Position numbers and translations under genes: made by a program. A model generated the notes under the pieces. It had not been told where the DNA came from. It ran no database searches and saw only the letters and a program-made list of their open reading frames with translations. Positions 1 through 8,706 of a DNA stretch of 60,641 nt are shown piece after piece; within the stretch, counting starts at the first letter, position 1; each line of letters opens with the position of its first letter. This stretch comes from Minisyncoccota bacterium (GTDB taxonomy: Bacteria > Patescibacteriota > Minisyncoccia > Phycocordibacterales > CAJBRS01): NCBI GenBank assembly GCA_035652395.1, contig DASRDX010000009.1, forward strand, positions 1-60,641, in the 5' to 3' direction.

Positions 1-3000
1 GGTTCACCCTCACAGGCGGATGTCCAGAATCTCCAAGGACAGATCACTAATATCCAAAACAATGTTACAAACATCCAGAACAACTTCTCCACTAACGTCA
101 ACAGCCTCAATCCAATTGTGGTGGGGTTTGGAAACTCTGCTACAGGTCTCAATGCCTCAGCTTTGGGTTTTAGAAATACATCTTCAGGAAACTATTCTAC
201 GGCAGTCGGGTATTGTAATACTTCTAGCGCTAGCTGTGCTAACACTTTTGGTTTTTGTAATCTCGCGAACAGTCTCTGCAGTACTGCCATTGGTTTCCGA
301 AATAATGTCTGTGTAGTGGGCGGTTACACTGCCGGTATAAATAGTGTTGCAATTGGAAATAGAAATGCTGCTACGGGGGGATCAGCGGTTGCTATTGGTG
401 TAAATAATTTTGCGCCCGGAGCTCAGAGCGTTGCCATGGGAATGGGTAATAAAGCCTGTGCCCTTGCTGGCTATGGGGCTACTGCGTCCGGGTATTACAA
501 CACCACCTGTGCCTGTAAAGCTACGGCAATGGGATTAGGCAACCTTGCTTCCGGGGGATTATCAATCGCTTTGGGTAATTGCAACATCGCCTCTGGTGAT
601 TGTTCTTCTGCCTCGGGCTATACCAACATCGCTTCCGGCCTCTCATCAGTGGCGGTAGGGTTTTGCAATACAGCTGCCGGAGGAGCAGATTCGGTGGGAG
701 GTTATAAAAATGCAGTCTGCCTAAGTAGCTTCAGTTCTGCATTTGGAGCCTGCAACACAGTTTCTAGTCAGCGATCTTCCGCTTTTGGTTACTTAAACAA
801 CGCTACCGGAGGTGCTGGCAACATTTCTATTGGAAATCTAAACTCTGTCACTTCTGCTGGATTTAATGGAGATTCATATTCTTCAGCTCTTGGCTCATGC
901 AATAGCATTGGAGGTTATCGATCTACTGCATTAGGTCTATGTAATAGTTTACCCTCTTATGATTCCGTTGCTGTTGGAGGATCTAACACTAGCTCTATCG
1001 GCGCAAACCTGGCTACTTTAGTTGGATACCATAATACTGGTTGTGGTAGTTTTTCTACTGCTGTCGGCTACTCGAATGTCTCCTGTAGTGATTCTGTCGC
1101 GGTTGGTGTACAAAATATAGCTTGTGGAATTGACTCTTCTGCTTTTGGTTCTGGTAATACAGCCTCCGGCTGCTGTTCTTCTACCTCCGGCTTTCGTAAT
1201 ACTGCATCCATCTACAACTCCTCAGCTTTCGGTCTTTGCAATGTCGCCTGCAACAACCACTCTTCGTCCTTTGGTGCTCTTAATACTGCCTCCGGTGCTG
1301 GAAGTTCGGCTTTGGGTTTTGCTAATATGGCTTCTGGCCAGAATAGCGCTGCCTTCGGCGCCAACTCACTGGCTTCTGCTGACGGATCTTTGGCCATCGG
1401 CTCAGGAAGCGCTTCGGGATATTCCTTTCAGGATCTCCGAACTACTGCTTCAGGAATAAATTCAGTCTCAGTGGGAACGAATTCGGGGTATTATGGGGTC
1501 GCAAACACCGCTAGTGGATGTGAATCAGTGGCTATAGGAGTTGCTAATACAGCGTCAAGTTACTATAGCGTTAGTGTTGGAAAGTCTAATTCCGTTTCGG
1601 GTCTCTATGCAGGTATTTCTTCAGCTTTTGGTGTTTGTAATACTGTTTCTGATTACGCCACTCGAAGTTCCGCTTCAGGTTACCGTAACTTTGTTGGTGC
1701 TAGTCGTTCTACTGCCTCTGGTTATCTCAATACCGCTATGGGATTTTCAAGTTCTGCAATAGGTGTTAGTAATTGTGTATGTGGAACTGGCTTAAACTCA
1801 TCCGCTTTTGGTAATTGCAATATCGCCTCTGGCTGCTCCTCATCCGCCTTCGGCTTCAGCAACACCGCCTCGGGTTATTTCTCCTCCGCCTTTGGTTATC
1901 ACAGCACCGCCTGTGGCACTCAATCCAGCGCGTTAGGTTATCTAAACACCACATCAGGCAACTATTCTGTTAGTGTAGGAACTTGTAACACAGCATCAGG
2001 TTCTTTTGCTTCAGCCTTGGGATCTCGACAAAACGCTGCCTCAGGAGATTTTTCAATAGCGGCAGGTTACCACAATACCTCGAGTGGAGGTAATTCCTCA
2101 GCCGTAGGATTTTTCAATACTGCGTCTGGCGGCTGCTCCTCCGCCTCCGGCTTCTTAAATGCCGCCTCCGCCTGTCTCTCTTCCGCCTTCGGCGCCTGCC
2201 TCTCAAACGCCACTTCTTCTACCTCCCTCATCGGAGTCTGTAACGGCTGGCTCTCCATTAATGGTAACAAAAGTGTCCTCGCCTCAAACGGAGCTTGTCT
2301 CTCAACCGGAGGTACTTGGACTAACGCTTCAGATCGAAACCTCAAGGAGAACTTCACCACATTGGATGGAGAAGATATCTTAAACAAAATTAATTCTCTC
2401 CCTGTCACAGAATGGAACTACAAGAGTGAAGACTCCACAGTTAAACACATTGGTCCGGTAGCTCAAGACTTCTATGAGACCTTTCACGTTGGAAACTCTG
2501 ACAAATCTATCTCCACCATTGATCCTGCAGGCATTGCTCTAGTAGGCATACAGGCTCTCTCAAAGAAAGTAGACAATCAGAATGCCTCCACCACAGCAGC
2601 CCTAGCCTCCCTCGATATCAGAGTCTCTTCCATTGAATCTCTGACTAATCTCGCGAATGCTCACACCTCACTCGGAGGAGAGATACTCGGCGCCCTTCAG
2701 AGTTTTGGCGCCGAGGTAGTGGATGGTATTGCGTACTTGAAGAATGTGTTTGTGGAAAATCTCACGGCGAAGAAGGCTGACATTCAAAAATTAAATGTTA
2801 ATAAAGGATTCCAGATCATCGATAGCGATACAGGCGAAGTGTATTGTGTCACACTTCATAGCGGAGAATTCCAAAAAGATAAGGGTGATTGTCCGGATCC
2901 TGCTGCAAATTCAACTTCCACCCCCTCTACTTCTTCCGGCACCATCATCACTGTCGATTCAAATAACAATACAGTAATAGTGCCGGATGCCGCCGGAGGC

Positions 3001-3162
3001 GGCACTGGGGAAAGCGCGAGCTCGACTAGTGACAATGGTGCGAGCGCTTCTTCCACAGAAACAGTTTCTTCAGAAAGTGGTACCTCTACGGGAAATACTA
3101 TTGAGCCTGCGCCCCCTACAACTGAGAGTGGTAGTTCTAGCGATTTGGGATCAGGAAACTAG
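1..3162 (+). CDS. Giant Cys-rich YadA/Hep_Hag-like repeat fibre protein with peptidase S74 (intramolecular chaperone) domain; 5' end lies outside the window
   Basis: Frame +1 is open from base 1 (GSPSQADVQNLQGQITNI.., homologous to the paralog at 41430). About 14-aa repeats of type SSAFGxCNxASG; S74 signature ASDRNLKEN..W.YK..HIGPVAQD; Ser/Thr-rich tail. Confidence 0.85.
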   Translation, partial: GSPSQADVQNLQGQITNIQNNVTNIQNNFSTNVNSLNPIVVGFGNSATGLNASALGFRNTSSGNYSTAVGYCNTSSASCANTFGFCNLANSLCSTAIGFRNNVCVVGGYTAGINSVAIGNRNAATGGSAVAIGVNNFAPGAQSVAMGMGNKACALAGYGATASGYYNTTCACKATAMGLGNLASGGLSIALGNCNIASGDCSSASGYTNIASGLSSVAVGFCNTAAGGADSVGGYKNAVCLSSFSSAFGACNTVSSQRSSAFGYLNNATGGAGNISIGNLNSVTSAGFNGDSYSSALGSCNSIGGYRSTALGLCNSLPSYDSVAVGGSNTSSIGANLATLVGYHNTGCGSFSTAVGYSNVSCSDSVAVGVQNIACGIDSSAFGSGNTASGCCSSTSGFRNTASIYNSSAFGLCNVACNNHSSSFGALNTASGAGSSALGFANMASGQNSAAFGANSLASADGSLAIGSGSASGYSFQDLRTTASGINSVSVGTNSGYYGVANTASGCESVAIGVANTASSYYSVSVGKSNSVSGLYAGISSAFGVCNTVSDYATRSSASGYRNFVGASRSTASGYLNTAMGFSSSAIGVSNCVCGTGLNSSAFGNCNIASGCSSSAFGFSNTASGYFSSAFGYHSTACGTQSSALGYLNTTSGNYSVSVGTCNTASGSFASALGSRQNAASGDFSIAAGYHNTSSGGNSSAVGFFNTASGGCSSASGFLNAASACLSSAFGACLSNATSSTSLIGVCNGWLSINGNKSVLASNGACLSTGGTWTNASDRNLKENFTTLDGEDILNKINSLPVTEWNYKSEDSTVKHIGPVAQDFYETFHVGNSDKSISTIDPAGIALVGIQALSKKVDNQNASTTAALASLDIRVSSIESLTNLANAHTSLGGEILGALQSFGAEVVDGIAYLKNVFVENLTAKKADIQKLNVNKGFQIIDSDTGEVYCVTLHSGEFQKDKGDCPDPAANSTSTPSTSSGTIITVDSNNNTVIVPDAAGGGTGESASSTSDNGASASSTETVSSESGTSTGNTIEPAPPTTESGSSSDLGSGN

Positions 3163-3163
3163 A

Positions 3164-3200
3164 AATCAAAAAGCCCCGCCGACGGCGGGGCTTTTTGATT
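3164..3200. terminator. Bidirectional intrinsic terminator between convergent genes
   Basis: Perfect 17-bp inverted repeat aatcaaaaagccccgcc-gac-ggcggggctttttgatt with A/T tracts on both sides. Confidence 0.9.
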
Positions 3201-3546
3201 AGGAAACTTTTTCCAGAATTCTTTTAAAAGTATTCGGAGACTCGAGCGCCAAAGTGGCCAAAGTCTTGCGGTCATAACCCAATTTATTTTTCTTTAAAGC
3301 GCCGATAAACTTGCTGTAAGATGGGCCACCGTGTTCTTTCAGAGCGGCATTGATTCGAACATTCCACATTCGGCGAAAATCACCTTTCTTATCACGACGA
3401 TGAGCAAAAGCGTAAGTGCCGGCATGAGAAATAGCTTCAATAGCCTGCCTTTCTTTTTTTGAGCGGCCAAATCGGTAACCTTTAACTTGTTTTAAAACAT
3501 TGCGACGACTTTTTAGGGCGTGCACCCCCTTTTTCACTCTAGTCAT
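3199..3546 (-). CDS. rplT: 50S ribosomal protein L20 (bL20)
   Basis: MTRVKKG..KGYRFGRSK..AYAFAHRRDKKGDFRRMWNVRINAA; follows rpmI and infC. Confidence 0.98.
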   Translation of the reverse strand: MTRVKKGVHALKSRRNVLKQVKGYRFGRSKKERQAIEAISHAGTYAFAHRRDKKGDFRRMWNVRINAALKEHGGPSYSKFIGALKKNKLGYDRKTLATLALESPNTFKRILEKVS

Positions 3547-3547
3547 A

Positions 3548-3733
3548 TTAGTTACTTACGATAAAACGTGATCGGCTTTTATTACTAATAGCAAAAGGAA
3601 CCAAACGGTTTCTAGCCATCTGTTTTGAACTCGACTCTTTGGCATTAAAATGGTTTTGTCCCGGCTTTCGAGCCACCAGTTTGCCGTTTTTAGTTACTCT
3701 TATTCGTTTGGAATAGGATTTATTAGTCTTCAT
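3548..3733 (-). CDS. rpmI: 50S ribosomal protein L35 (bL35)
   Basis: MKTNKSYSKRIRVTKNGK..GQNHFNAK; canonical infC-rpmI-rplT order. Confidence 0.95.
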   Translation of the reverse strand: MKTNKSYSKRIRVTKNGKLVARKPGQNHFNAKESSSKQMARNRLVPFAISNKSRSRFIVSN

Positions 3734-3812
3734 GGAAGTTATAAGTTTAAAGTTCTTAAGTTTACAAGTTTTTCACTTATGAACTTAAGCGAAGCGTAAC
3801 TTATCAACTAAT

Positions 3813-4325
3813 TTATGCTTTTTCTATAATAATGCTTAATCCTTTCGGACTCTTTTTGGCCGAGTCAGCTATCTTATATTCTTCGGTTAGGAGCTTTAAA
3901 ATTCGCTCCATTCTCTCTTTGAGGAAGTTCTGGTCGAGATATTTGGCTCGGCCCGGAAGAAATAAATCAATTTTAATGCGATGGCCTTCTTTTAGCCATT
4001 CTGATGCCTTCTTGGCTTTCAATTCGAGATCATGTTCGCCGGTGCCCAGTTTAACCTGAAGGCCTTTCATCTCAACTGAGTGAGTTCGGGCCTTGGAGTG
4101 CTTCAGCTTCTTGTTCTCGTCGTACTGAAACTTACCATAATCCATTATTTTTGCAACCGGCGGATTGGATTTGGCCGAGATTTCAATCAGATCCGAATTA
4201 ACTTCTCCGGCTCTTCGCAGAGCCTCCTCTAAACTAATCACTCCTAGGTTTTGGCCGTCAATATCAATAACCCGTAGCTCCGGCGCCTTGATTTGGTGGT
4301 TAATCCTGTTTTGAGTGGTAGCCAA
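3813..4325 (-). CDS. infC: Translation initiation factor IF-3
   Basis: RINHQIKAPELRVID..PPVAKIMDYGKFQY; non-ATG (TTG) start as expected for infC. Confidence 0.97.
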   Translation of the reverse strand: MATTQNRINHQIKAPELRVIDIDGQNLGVISLEEALRRAGEVNSDLIEISAKSNPPVAKIMDYGKFQYDENKKLKHSKARTHSVEMKGLQVKLGTGEHDLELKAKKASEWLKEGHRIKIDLFLPGRAKYLDQNFLKERMERILKLLTEEYKIADSAKKSPKGLSIIIEKA

Positions 4326-4367
4326 GTGAAATTATTATAGCAAAAACTTCCTAAAAACCAACTATTC

Positions 4368-5531
4368 CTAATTTCTATCCACTAACTTTTTCTCGAGAGC
4401 ATTCTTCTCGTAAAAAGGCAGTTTCATCTGTTTGATGACCTTTCGGAAGAAGGTAATTGTTTCATCATAGGTTGGTCTGTCTACCGGGTAAGGAATTTTA
4501 TCCTTACCGCCGTGAGCAAAACTGTATCTGGCCGGATCTTCATACGAAGGTTTGGCGCCATAAATTACTTCCGAGACCAGACTCAAGGCTCGAACGGTCT
4601 TTGGCCCCACTCCTTCAAGCGAAACCAATTTTTCATAATTCTCCGGCTTTTGTTCGTTCACTTTGTAAAGTATTCGCTCCAGATATTTGCTGCGGCTGAA
4701 ATCTTCAAAGATTACTGAATGAACATACGGCTCCTTCTTGCCAAGCCAGATTAAATCCAGCGGCTCGGTCTGGTTTTTAATTTGCAGTTTCAAATAGCGT
4801 GAGAAGGGCGTGCTGTGACGACGAAGGAGTTCTACATCTTTGAGGAGACTCTGATAATTGCCGTTAGCTAACTCAATACTTAAATCCTGCGTCGGCTTAC
4901 TCTTTTCGGCTGATAAATTTAAAATTGGTGATGTAGAAAGAGGACTTGAAATACCGGAATGTGGTTCAACCACCAAATCTTTAATATTTTTTGAATACCA
5001 GTGATAGCGGCGAGCCATCCGAGTATCCTGATTCATACCTTGCTGGACTACGCTCCAATGGCCGTTTCGGGAAAAGAAAAAGGCGTGATGATAAAGCTGA
5101 TAGCCGTCCTGCACCAAACTGGAATCAACCTTGGCCGACATTTTGGAATTGTAGACAAGATTTTGGACGGCAGGCGAAGGCAGAGTTAAGACGGCGCCCC
5201 AATTCTCAATTTCCTGAGGAGTTTTTCTGGAAGTCTTGCCTTTGCCGCCGCAAATAAATATTCCAAGTTCCTTTTCCAGCCCGCTCAAAGCCTCCTTCAG
5301 GGCGGCTGTCAAGATAGTTGTCAAGCCAGAAGCGTTCCAGTCGAAGGCCAATACTGTACCAAGCGACTGAAACCAGCCGGGTTCCGAAACTCGACGAATA
5401 AATTCGTCGGGGCCATAGAGCTCAACCATGATCTGAATCATTTCGCGCGAGAGTTTCACCATTCGCTCAAAGAGCCATGGCGGACAGACTCCGGTGTCCA
5501 GTCCGAATGTTGCGATACCACGTTTCACCAT
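4368..5531 (-). CDS. DUF763 domain-containing protein (C-terminal HhH-like GVGPKT)
   Basis: PPWLFERM, WFQSLG..FDWNASGLTT, GGKG, VVQQGM, FAHGGKD motifs. Start moved to ATG 5531, which has TATAAT 6 nt upstream. Confidence 0.85.
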   Translation of the reverse strand: MVKRGIATFGLDTGVCPPWLFERMVKLSREMIQIMVELYGPDEFIRRVSEPGWFQSLGTVLAFDWNASGLTTILTAALKEALSGLEKELGIFICGGKGKTSRKTPQEIENWGAVLTLPSPAVQNLVYNSKMSAKVDSSLVQDGYQLYHHAFFFSRNGHWSVVQQGMNQDTRMARRYHWYSKNIKDLVVEPHSGISSPLSTSPILNLSAEKSKPTQDLSIELANGNYQSLLKDVELLRRHSTPFSRYLKLQIKNQTEPLDLIWLGKKEPYVHSVIFEDFSRSKYLERILYKVNEQKPENYEKLVSLEGVGPKTVRALSLVSEVIYGAKPSYEDPARYSFAHGGKDKIPYPVDRPTYDETITFFRKVIKQMKLPFYEKNALEKKLVDRN

Positions 5532-5547
5532 GCGGTCATTATACAAC

Positions 5548-5576
5548 AGGGGCGGCCGGCGAAGCCGGCCGCCCCT
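5548..5576. repeat. Perfect GC-rich palindrome with GCGAAGC core between divergent genes
   Basis: 13-bp stem aggggcggccggc-gaa-gccggccgcccct; lies between two divergent promoters, not at a gene end. Confidence 0.9.
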
Positions 5577-5616
5577 TCCCCTTAAGAAAAATTTAAGTAA
5601 TATTGCTATAATTAAA

Positions 5617-6192
5617 ATGATGGCAGTAACGGATCAAATGAATGTCAGACAGAAACTCGGACGAAAAACCTTCTGGATTTTTCTGCTCGGCAAATCTATC
5701 GGGGCCATCATCTTTTTTTGCATTCTAATTGTCTTTTTAGTCCTGGCTTCACTTGGTCCGACCACTTTCTATTCAGGTATTAGCGATCAGGCAGGACAAA
5801 CCGTGGAAGCCTTTCTAATTTTAGGCTTAATGGGATCGGCTCTTCTCTTTCTTGTTCTGCTAATCATCGCTCTTGTTATCACTTGGTTAGAATATCGAAA
5901 TTACAATTTTACTTTAGGTGACCATGCTCTGGAAGTTCATCGCGGCATTCTAACGAAGGAGACAATTTCCATCCCGTATCACCATATTGAAGATATTAAT
6001 ATTGAGCAGAGTATTTTTTATCAGATGATGGGAGTCTGTCGAGTCGCTATTTTAACGGCCGGTCATGGAGATGATGAAGATAAATCGGAGGGGATCTTAC
6101 CAACTATTGATTTAAAAACCGGACAAGAGATACAGCACTTCGTGATGGCCCGCTCTAATACGCAAGAAGTAATAAATAAGACCGTCTCATAA
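5617..6192 (+). CDS. Membrane protein with bacterial PH (bPH_2, YdbS-like) domain
   Basis: Two TM helices then YRNYNFTL..HRGIL..ISIPYHHIEDINIEQSIFYQMMGV. Start ATG 5617/5620 lies just after TGnTATAAT (5604-5612). Confidence 0.75.
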   Translation: MMAVTDQMNVRQKLGRKTFWIFLLGKSIGAIIFFCILIVFLVLASLGPTTFYSGISDQAGQTVEAFLILGLMGSALLFLVLLIIALVITWLEYRNYNFTLGDHALEVHRGILTKETISIPYHHIEDINIEQSIFYQMMGVCRVAILTAGHGDDEDKSEGILPTIDLKTGQEIQHFVMARSNTQEVINKTVS

Positions 6193-6195
6193 TAA

Positions 6196-7251
6196 ATGAA
6201 AAAATTAGATTTATATTTTTTAATTCTCTTAATTTTTATTCCCGTTACTTTGGTGGCCGATTGGGTCGGGGTTTCGCCCGTTTATTTATTTTTCGTCTCG
6301 GCTCTGGCTATTATTCCACTGGCAAAATACATAGGAGAAGCTACCGAGGAATTAGCCACGCACAGCAATCCGGCTATGGGGGGCTTTCTCAACGCCACTT
6401 TTGGTAATGCCACCGAATTAATTATCGGAATCTTTTCTTTGAGAGCCGGTTTAATTGAAGTGGTGAAGGCTTCCATTACGGGTTCTATTTTAGGCAATCT
6501 TTTGCTGGTGCTTGGCATGGCCATGTTTTTTGGTGGGCGACGTCACAAAAAACAGGAGTTCAATAAAACGGCGGCCAGTGCCAGCGCTTCAACCTTAATT
6601 CTTACCATGATTGCCTTTGTCATTCCGGCCATTTTTTTAACCACCGACCCCGGCATTTCGGATATCGTGGTAGAGAAGTTAAGTATTTCGGTGTCGATCT
6701 TAATGATCATTATTTATTTCTCCAGTCTGCTTTTTTCTCTTTACTCCCACAAACATCTTTACACTGAAGAAGTGGGCAAGTATGAACCGAAATGGAGTAT
6801 TTCCAAAAGCACCATTATTTTAATTCTAGCTACTCTTGGTGTAGCCACTATGAGCGAAATTTTAGTTTCATCCATTAATCCGATTGTTACTAGTCTCGGT
6901 TGGTCGCCGCTTTTCATCGGAGTGATTTTTGTCGCTTTGATTGGAAACGTGGCGGAACACGTCTCGGCCATTACCGTGGCGATGAAAAACCGGATGGATC
7001 TTGCTATTCAAATTACCATTGGTTCGGCTACCCAAATTGCCATGCTGGTAGCGCCTCTTTTAGTTATTTTTAGTCTATTTTTTCCGACGCCAATGACTTT
7101 AGTTTTTGAAACTTTTCAATTGATCACTATTATTCTTTCGGTGATTGTAGTAAGTGGAGTTGTGCAGGATGGCGAAAGCAATTGGTTTGAAGGACTGCAG
7201 CTAATGGTGGCCTATGCCATTATGGCCGTGGCCTTCTTTTTTCATCCGTAA
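6196..7251 (+). CDS. cax: Calcium/proton exchanger (CaCA family)
   Basis: Alpha-repeat motifs GGFLNATFGNATE, GSILGNLLL, GNVAEH, GSATQIA; about 11 TM segments. Confidence 0.93.
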   Translation: MKKLDLYFLILLIFIPVTLVADWVGVSPVYLFFVSALAIIPLAKYIGEATEELATHSNPAMGGFLNATFGNATELIIGIFSLRAGLIEVVKASITGSILGNLLLVLGMAMFFGGRRHKKQEFNKTAASASASTLILTMIAFVIPAIFLTTDPGISDIVVEKLSISVSILMIIIYFSSLLFSLYSHKHLYTEEVGKYEPKWSISKSTIILILATLGVATMSEILVSSINPIVTSLGWSPLFIGVIFVALIGNVAEHVSAITVAMKNRMDLAIQITIGSATQIAMLVAPLLVIFSLFFPTPMTLVFETFQLITIILSVIVVSGVVQDGESNWFEGLQLMVAYAIMAVAFFFHP

Positions 7252-7308
7252 TTGCTGGGGACAGCCAAGTAGTAAGAGAGAGGGTGGGTGTTATAATTAG
7301 TATCCAGA

Positions 7309-7422
7309 ATGGTACATCAACATGTCGGTTCACTGGTCTTCAGCTCGCTGAAGAAAAACAAAAAATTTCTGCAAGCGCACCGTCCTCCGCCTTATCGCTG
7401 GCGACGGCGAAGCCGGGAATAA
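7309..7422 (+). CDS. Candidate 37-aa small ORF / leader peptide MVHQHVGSLVFSSLKKNKKFLQAHRPPPYRWRRRSRE
   Basis: Own extended -10 (TGtTATAAT 7289-7297) and a terminator at 7440; no homology evidence. Confidence 0.3.
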   Translation: MVHQHVGSLVFSSLKKNKKFLQAHRPPPYRWRRRSRE

Positions 7423-7439
7423 CTAAAGTTCAAATTTTC

Positions 7440-7477
7440 AGCCGGGTCGAGCAAGCTCGACCCGGCTTTTGTTTTTT
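7440..7477 (+). terminator. Intrinsic terminator
   Basis: agccgggtcgagc-aa-gctcgacccggct followed by ttttgtttttt. Confidence 0.85.
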
Positions 7478-7551
7478 GTTGACAAAAGGGGATCTTATGA
7501 TAATTTTGGCCGCAGAGTCGGTAATTCTGCCACTCAGAACTGGAGATACAA

Positions 7552-8118
7552 ATGAAATTAACATTGGCAATTCTTTTGCTGATATCCCTTGCAATTAACG
7601 CGACCGTGATTTTTGGCCCGACCTACATAAGTCGTAAGATTGGAGCCCCGATTCCCGACAAGGGTAGTTTCGGGTACATCTCAACTGATCCAGACTTCTT
7701 CGCCGCCCGGCGTCGAGCTCTCGGTCTCGTGAATATTTGGCCAATAGGGACTATACCCTCGTCTACTAACTCTCACTTGAAGCGGGATCTCTATGCAAAC
7801 GGGGCACTCTTCAATTTGGACGACGATCTGTCGTTCATTGAGGAGCTCGGAGACGCCAAAGCCTTTCCGGCTTTTGTCTCGGACAACCCGGAACGAGACG
7901 CCAAGATTGCCGCAGACTCTTTCAATCAGTCGGGGTTTGCGGCCAAGGCTCTGCCTCATCGAGAGAACAACATGCAGCAAGCAATGTGGTTTGTCTCGTT
8001 TAAGGACTCGCGCTACAATCCGGGCTGGCCTATGGCGTTCAGGTGGGAAGGTCGGAAACAGCCAGATCAGCCTAAGCCATTTTCGCTGCCAGAAAAAATT
8101 TCTGGTCGGAGAATGTAA
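7552..8118 (+). CDS. Hypothetical exported/membrane-anchored protein
   Basis: 188-aa ORF with N-terminal hydrophobic segment, GGAG upstream and its own terminator at 8136. Confidence 0.7.
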   Translation: MKLTLAILLLISLAINATVIFGPTYISRKIGAPIPDKGSFGYISTDPDFFAARRRALGLVNIWPIGTIPSSTNSHLKRDLYANGALFNLDDDLSFIEELGDAKAFPAFVSDNPERDAKIAADSFNQSGFAAKALPHRENNMQQAMWFVSFKDSRYNPGWPMAFRWEGRKQPDQPKPFSLPEKISGRRM

Positions 8119-8135
8119 TTGAGGATTAATGGGTT

Positions 8136-8170
8136 AAGGTCGTCGCATCAGTGCGACGACCTTTTCGTTT
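8136..8170 (+). terminator. Intrinsic terminator
   Basis: aaggtcgtcgca-tcag-tgcgacgacctt followed by a T-rich tail. Confidence 0.85.
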
Positions 8171-8203
8171 TTATATTTCCTCTCTCTGTAATATCATTCA
8201 GGT

Positions 8204-8650
8204 ATGTCAGTCTTAATTTCCAACAAAAAAGTCCATTTTAATTATGAAATTCTGGAGAAATTTGAAGCCGGAATTGAGCTTTTTGGTTTTGAGGTGAAGG
8301 CCCTAAGAAGCGGTCAGGGAAATCTGGAAGGGGGTCATGTCAGTATTCGAGGAGGAGAAGCCTTTTTAATCGGGGTCCAAATCCCTCCGTATCAGAGCGC
8401 TAACACTCCAAAAAATTATGAACCCGAGAGAGTAAGAAAATTGCTTCTAACTAAGGCAGAGATTGGCAAATTAGCCGAGAACGAATCGAAGAAGGGATTG
8501 ACAATAGTGCCTATTTCGGTGTATAATAAAGGACGTAAGATAAAGCTTGAAATTGCCGTCGTAAGAGGCAAGAAGAGATTCGACAAAAGAGAAACTATTA
8601 AGAGGCGAGATACTGAAAGAGAAATTCGCCGCACTTTGAAAAATCAGTAG
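8204..8650 (+). CDS. smpB: SsrA-binding protein
   Basis: NKKVHFNYEILEKFEAGIELFGFEVKALR, RKLLL, GKKRFDKRETIK; adjacent to tmRNA. Confidence 0.98.
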   Translation: MSVLISNKKVHFNYEILEKFEAGIELFGFEVKALRSGQGNLEGGHVSIRGGEAFLIGVQIPPYQSANTPKNYEPERVRKLLLTKAEIGKLAENESKKGLTIVPISVYNKGRKIKLEIAVVRGKKRFDKRETIKRRDTEREIRRTLKNQ

Positions 8651-8706
8651 AAATACAAATTAGAGGTTCCCCGAAAAAATTCGAGCCGATTAATCGAATT
8701 TTTTCG

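Noticed and set aside
2320-2580. Prophage suggested by S74 tail-spike chaperone domains
   Set aside because: No capsid, terminase, portal or integrase genes; the flanks are housekeeping; the paralog has a signal peptide.
118-3162. Diversity-generating retroelement as the source of Cys/Tyr variation in the fibre repeats
   Set aside because: No reverse transcriptase in the window, no template/variable repeat pair, and paralog differences are not adenine-specific. An unlinked DGR cannot be excluded.
20-3202. Short alternative-frame and antisense ORFs over the first fibre gene, and similar shadow ORFs across the window
   Set aside because: They overlap well-supported long CDSs, have no motifs or start signals, and arise from repeat or codon bias.
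3734-3812. L20 leader or other ribosomal-protein autoregulatory RNA
   Set aside because: No recognisable consensus structure by eye; only short repeats and an isolated GCGAAGC heptamer at 3789-3795.
5494-5616. N-terminal extensions in the ORF track (5494, 5546, 14499, 25711, 26328, 28102, 48709)
   Set aside because: They read through palindromes, promoters or neighbouring genes; downstream ATGs fit -10 boxes or stop-start overlaps better.
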